NCBI GenBank assembly: GCA_963980675.1
Contig: CAXCBH010000001.1
Span: forward strand, 1 to 40,123
DNA from: an uncultured bacterium
GTDB taxonomy: Bacteria > Fidelibacterota > Marinisomatia > Marinisomatales > UBA1611
DNA length: 40,123 nt
Reading direction: 5' to 3'
Below the pieces are notes generated by a model. The model was not told the DNA's origin. It did not search any database and was given only the letters and a program-made list of their open reading frames with translations. The translations under genes were made by a program, and so were the position numbers. Below, piece after piece: positions 36,833 through 40,123 of the stretch. Within the stretch, counting starts at the first letter, position 1, and every line of letters starts with the position of its first letter.

Positions 36833-39400
36833 ATGAATAAAAAGTTATTTACTACATTATGTGTATTTATCATGTCTCTTGGTTTTGTCAAAGCGGAATG
36901 GACATACAGTTCCACTCTTTTGGATTTGGGTGACACCTTAGGTGGTGTTGTTCATGGATCTGACGGTGCTTGGCAGAACTCTCCCCACGGTGTAGCAGTT
37001 GCTCCTGACGGTAACGTCTGGGTCAATATCTACGGTGGAAATGGAGAAATGGAAGTATTGGCGAATGGAGATACGGTTCACTGGAAAGGAATCTATGTAT
37101 TAGATCCTGCATCAGGCGAGCATGTTAGCTTTTCACCTATTGAAACTTTAACTTTTCCAGACGGGACAATAGACTCGTTAACCGCAGAGAGCGCAACTTC
37201 AGGCGGTGGACGTGGTATAGAAATTGATGGTGATGGCAACATCCTTAGTTCACATTACAAATCACTTTATAAGATTAATTACATGACTGGTGAAGGTATG
37301 GCAATGTATGTAAGTCCAAATGGATCTATTACAGATGCTGTAACCGATGATAATGGCAACACATATGTTGGTAATGTTGGTGCTGATAATCCAGTAGTTG
37401 TACTGGATTCAGATCTGAGCTATGTCGGTAATGCAATTGATACGGTTCGTAATATCAATCGTGCTTTAGAAGTCTCAGCTAATGGTGAAGATCTATATAT
37501 TGGTTCCACTTGGAATGGTATGGGGATTTCCCACTTTAATAGTAGTGTACCTGGTGTCATACAGCATGCACCTGTGGATACTTTTGGAGTATTCTATGAT
37601 GTGCCAGCTTGTTTTGATGAGATCAGCAGTGCAATTGCTGACAGTGCTTATATGCCATGGTGCGAAGATGAAGACGCTCCTGACACTGTTATGGCATTAA
37701 CACATATGTGGGCAAGTTCATTGGACTTTGATCCTGATGGTAATCTCTTGGTTGGTTGTGTGACAGCTGCCTGGGGAGGCCCTACTGGTGGTGCAAATTG
37801 GTTATTTGATCCAGCAGATACAGAAGAACCATTTGATATAGCCGGTAACTGGCACGACTGGGAGGGCACTGGTGAAGGAGTCACTGATGGTCCCCGTGGA
37901 GCTGCCTGGGATGCAGACGGTGATCTCTACCTTGCTGATTTTTACAGCAATGGTGTATTTCACCATTCATATGAAGAAGATGATGGCTTCGATATTGATG
38001 AACCATATACATACAGTTCCACTCTTTTGGATTTGGGTGACACCTTAGGTGGTGTTGTTCATGGATCTGACGGTGCTTGGCAGAACTCTCCCCACGGTGT
38101 AGCAGTTGCTCCTGACGGTAACGTCTGGGTCAATATCTACGGTGGAAATGGAGAAATGGAAGTATTGGCGAATGGAGATACGGTTCACTGGAAAGGAATC
38201 TATGTATTAGATCCTGCATCAGGCGAGCATGTTAGCTTTTCACCTATTGAAACTTTAACTTTTCCAGACGGGACAATAGACTCGTTAACCGCAGAGAGCG
38301 CAACTTCAGGCGGTGGACGTGGTATAGAAATTGATGGTGATGGCAACATCCTTAGTTCACATTACAAATCACTTTATAAGATTAATTACATGACTGGTGA
38401 AGGTATGGCAATGTATGTAAGTCCAAATGGATCTATTACAGATGCTGTAACCGATGATAATGGCAACACATATGTTGGTAATGTTGGTGCTGATAATCCA
38501 GTAGTTGTACTGGATTCAGATCTGAGCTATGTCGGTAATGCAATTGATACGGTTCGTAATATCAATCGTGCTTTAGAAGTCTCAGCTAATGGTGAAGATC
38601 TATATATTGGTTCCACTTGGAATGGTATGGGGATTTCCCACTTTAATAGTAGTGTACCTGGTGTCATACAGCATGCACCTGTGGATACTTTTGGAGTATT
38701 CTATGATGTGCCAGCTTGTTTTGATGAGATCAGCAGTGCAATTGCTGACAGTGCTTATATGCCATGGTGCGAAGATGAAGACGCTCCTGACACTGTTATG
38801 GCATTAACACATATGTGGGCAAGTTCATTGGACTTTGATCCTGATGGTAATCTCTTGGTTGGTTGTGTGACAGCTGCCTGGGGAGGCCCTACTGGTGGTG
38901 CAAATTGGTTATTTGATCCAGCAGATACAGAAGAACCATTTGATATAGCCGGTAACTGGCACGACTGGGAGGGCACTGGTGAAGGAGTCACTGATGGTCC
39001 CCGTGGAGCTGCCTGGGATGCAGACGGTGATCTCTACCTTGCTGATTTTTACAGCAATGGTGTGTTTCTGTATACAATGGATTACTCATCCGTCTCGGAT
39101 GACCCAAAGAGTGTAGTTCCGAGTGGGTATGTACTTAACCAGAACTATCCAAACCCGTTCAATCCAAACACAAAGATTGAGTTTACGATACCTGCTAGCG
39201 AGCACGTAAGCGTAAATATTTACAATCTTGAAGGTAGGTTGGTTAAAACACTGATCGATCAGGAAATGAGATCAGGCCAGCACGTAGTTCGCTGGGATGG
39301 TAATAACCAGATTGGAACGAAAGTTGCAACCGGTATGTACATTTACCAGTTGAAGACAAAGTCAATGGTATTGCACCGCAGAATGACATTTGTCAAATAA
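36833..39400 (+). CDS. Secreted protein with two identical beta-propeller-like (NHL/SGL-like) domains and a T9SS C-terminal sorting domain
   Basis: 855 aa with a signal peptide. Two identical ~352-aa units carry blade-like motifs (PDGNVWV, DGDGNIL, DDNGNTYVG, DPDGNLLVG, DADGDLYLAD). The tail is a T9SS CTD. Confidence 0.85.
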   Translation: MNKKLFTTLCVFIMSLGFVKAEWTYSSTLLDLGDTLGGVVHGSDGAWQNSPHGVAVAPDGNVWVNIYGGNGEMEVLANGDTVHWKGIYVLDPASGEHVSFSPIETLTFPDGTIDSLTAESATSGGGRGIEIDGDGNILSSHYKSLYKINYMTGEGMAMYVSPNGSITDAVTDDNGNTYVGNVGADNPVVVLDSDLSYVGNAIDTVRNINRALEVSANGEDLYIGSTWNGMGISHFNSSVPGVIQHAPVDTFGVFYDVPACFDEISSAIADSAYMPWCEDEDAPDTVMALTHMWASSLDFDPDGNLLVGCVTAAWGGPTGGANWLFDPADTEEPFDIAGNWHDWEGTGEGVTDGPRGAAWDADGDLYLADFYSNGVFHHSYEEDDGFDIDEPYTYSSTLLDLGDTLGGVVHGSDGAWQNSPHGVAVAPDGNVWVNIYGGNGEMEVLANGDTVHWKGIYVLDPASGEHVSFSPIETLTFPDGTIDSLTAESATSGGGRGIEIDGDGNILSSHYKSLYKINYMTGEGMAMYVSPNGSITDAVTDDNGNTYVGNVGADNPVVVLDSDLSYVGNAIDTVRNINRALEVSANGEDLYIGSTWNGMGISHFNSSVPGVIQHAPVDTFGVFYDVPACFDEISSAIADSAYMPWCEDEDAPDTVMALTHMWASSLDFDPDGNLLVGCVTAAWGGPTGGANWLFDPADTEEPFDIAGNWHDWEGTGEGVTDGPRGAAWDADGDLYLADFYSNGVFLYTMDYSSVSDDPKSVVPSGYVLNQNYPNPFNPNTKIEFTIPASEHVSVNIYNLEGRLVKTLIDQEMRSGQHVVRWDGNNQIGTKVATGMYIYQLKTKSMVLHRRMTFVK
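36902..37956. repeat. Direct repeat copy 1 (1055 bp), identical by eye to 38009..39063
   Basis: Base-by-base reading shows no mismatch at an offset of 1107 bp (369 codons). Off-frame track ORFs are also duplicated exactly (37482/38589 and 37648/38755). Confidence 0.95.
38009..39063. repeat. Direct repeat copy 2 (1055 bp)
   Basis: Same evidence as copy 1. The copies are separated by a unique 52-nt in-frame linker at 37957..38008. Confidence 0.95.
39122..39397 (+). other. T9SS type-A C-terminal sorting domain (Por_Secre_tail-like)
   Basis: LNQNYPNPFNPNTKIEFTIPASEHVSVNIYNLEGRLVKTLIDQEMRSGQHVVRWDGNNQIGTKVATGMYIYQLK is a textbook CTD pattern. Confidence 0.8.
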
Positions 39401-39431
39401 ATAGGAATACTTAGTATTCTCAAACTAAAAA

Positions 39432-39452
39432 GGGGCCATCTGGCCCCTTTTT
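39432..39452 (+). terminator. Rho-independent terminator
   Basis: GGGGCCA-TC-TGGCCCC is a GC-rich 7-bp stem followed by TTTTT, 32 nt after the stop of the 855-aa gene. It is preceded by an A-run, so it could act in both directions. Confidence 0.7.
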
Positions 39453-39463
39453 AGTTTATAGAT

Positions 39464-40123
39464 ATGAAACTTCGTTTACTTTTCTTTTTACTTATTGGTT
39501 ATGCTTATTCCCAAAGGGTGGTCGGTTATTATCCGTACTGGATGCAGGATGAATTTCAGCCACAGGATCTTGATTTAGAAACCTTTACTCACATCAATCA
39601 TGCCTTTGCTTGGCCGAATGAGCAAGGTGGTATCGAAGCCACAAGCGGTACATTTGATGCATCTATTGCTGATCACATCCATAATAATAACAGGAAATTT
39701 CTCCTTTCACTGGGTGGTTGGGGTACTGCTGATGGATTTGCGGCCGTCACATCAACCTATGAGCTCCGGTCTGTATTCATTTCAAACATACTGAATATAT
39801 TTATTTCTTATGGATATGACGGGGCCGATATTGACTGGGAGTATCCGCAAACAAATGAGCAAAGGAATAATCTTTCATTATTCATAGCTGAACTTGATTC
39901 AGTTTTAGATGAGTTCGACCCTGAACTTCTCATTACCATGGCACTGCCCACATCAAATTGGGCGGGACAATGGTATGACATGAACAGTCTAAATCAACAT
40001 GTAGATTATTTTAACGCTATGACCTATGATATTCATGGTAGTTGGAGTAACCACGCTGGTCACAACTCTCCCTTGTATCAGTCACCACCTGGTGATCCAG
40101 ATGGATCTGTGCAAACAGGTATT
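39464..40123 (+). CDS. GH18 chitinase-like glycoside hydrolase, N-terminal 220 codons (continues beyond the window)
   Basis: Not in the ORF track because it is open at the window edge. My translation is MKLRLLFFLLIGYAYSQRVVGYYPYW...LLSLGGWG...YGYDGADIDWEYP...FNAMTYDIHGSW. It contains the GH18 catalytic DGxDxDWE motif and a signal peptide. Confidence 0.85.
   Translation, partial: MKLRLLFFLLIGYAYSQRVVGYYPYWMQDEFQPQDLDLETFTHINHAFAWPNEQGGIEATSGTFDASIADHIHNNNRKFLLSLGGWGTADGFAAVTSTYELRSVFISNILNIFISYGYDGADIDWEYPQTNEQRNNLSLFIAELDSVLDEFDPELLITMALPTSNWAGQWYDMNSLNQHVDYFNAMTYDIHGSWSNHAGHNSPLYQSPPGDPDGSVQTGI

Noticed and set aside
37482-38991. Pairs of identical 72-aa and 78-aa ORFs (37482/38589 plus strand; 37648/38755 minus strand)
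   Set aside because: They are off-frame shadows that appear twice only because of the 1107-bp-offset duplication. They are not independent genes or a toxin-antitoxin-like pair.
36902-39063. Possibility that the 1.1-kb repeat is an insertion sequence or other mobile element
   Set aside because: The repeats are direct, in-frame and encode a propeller-like domain. I see no transposase, terminal inverted repeats or target-site duplications.
1-40123. CRISPR arrays, tRNA/rRNA genes, integrases/transposases, phage or defence-system genes
   Set aside because: I looked for short regularly spaced repeats, cloverleaf-like GC-rich islands and hallmark motifs on both strands and saw none. The only long repeat is the intragenic duplication.

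Overview
The window is visibly AT-rich and gene-dense. I saw no rRNA, tRNA, CRISPR array, transposase or integrase. Several traits suggest an FCB-superphylum-like organism: T9SS-type C-terminal sorting domains, a PorV/PorQ-like barrel, CarboxypepD_reg-type TonB-dependent receptors and mostly Shine-Dalgarno-less starts. This is inference and needs a database search to narrow. Two edge-truncated genes are missing from the ORF track and were read directly from the sequence: an acyl-CoA synthetase (1..1636, minus) and a GH18 chitinase-like gene (39464..40123, plus). Region 1-12 kb holds mixed housekeeping and accessory genes: a GAF/HD-GYP phosphodiesterase, an SLC13-type transporter with TrkA-C domains, a compact rhodanese/small-membrane/DUF302/zinc-ribbon cluster, an aldehyde dehydrogenase, a MATE pump, pterin carbinolamine dehydratase, BioY and an SDR. 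Region 13-19 kb is a translationally coupled minus-strand operon that looks like amino-sugar or muropeptide salvage (NagZ, BadF-type sugar kinase, SpoIID/LytB, Na+/solute symporter, HGSNAT-like acetyltransferase). Region 19-40 kb is the most interesting part. It starts with an esterase and a GH3/serine-hydrolase fusion lipoprotein. A 13.5 kb same-strand operon follows, with two diverged copies of a module: a TonB-dependent receptor directly coupled to a ~715-aa uncharacterised secreted protein with FN3 and T9SS-CTD-like domains. A PKD lipoprotein, a PorV/PorQ-like barrel and an IPT/TIG-propeller lipoprotein sit between the two copies. Next comes a T9SS-sorted double-propeller protein with a nucleotide-perfect 1055-bp internal duplication, then the GH18 gene. 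I read this as a SusD-less, T9SS-linked PUL-like system, probably for GlcNAc-containing polymers (peptidoglycan or chitin). That substrate and function assignment is hypothesis, not demonstrated.
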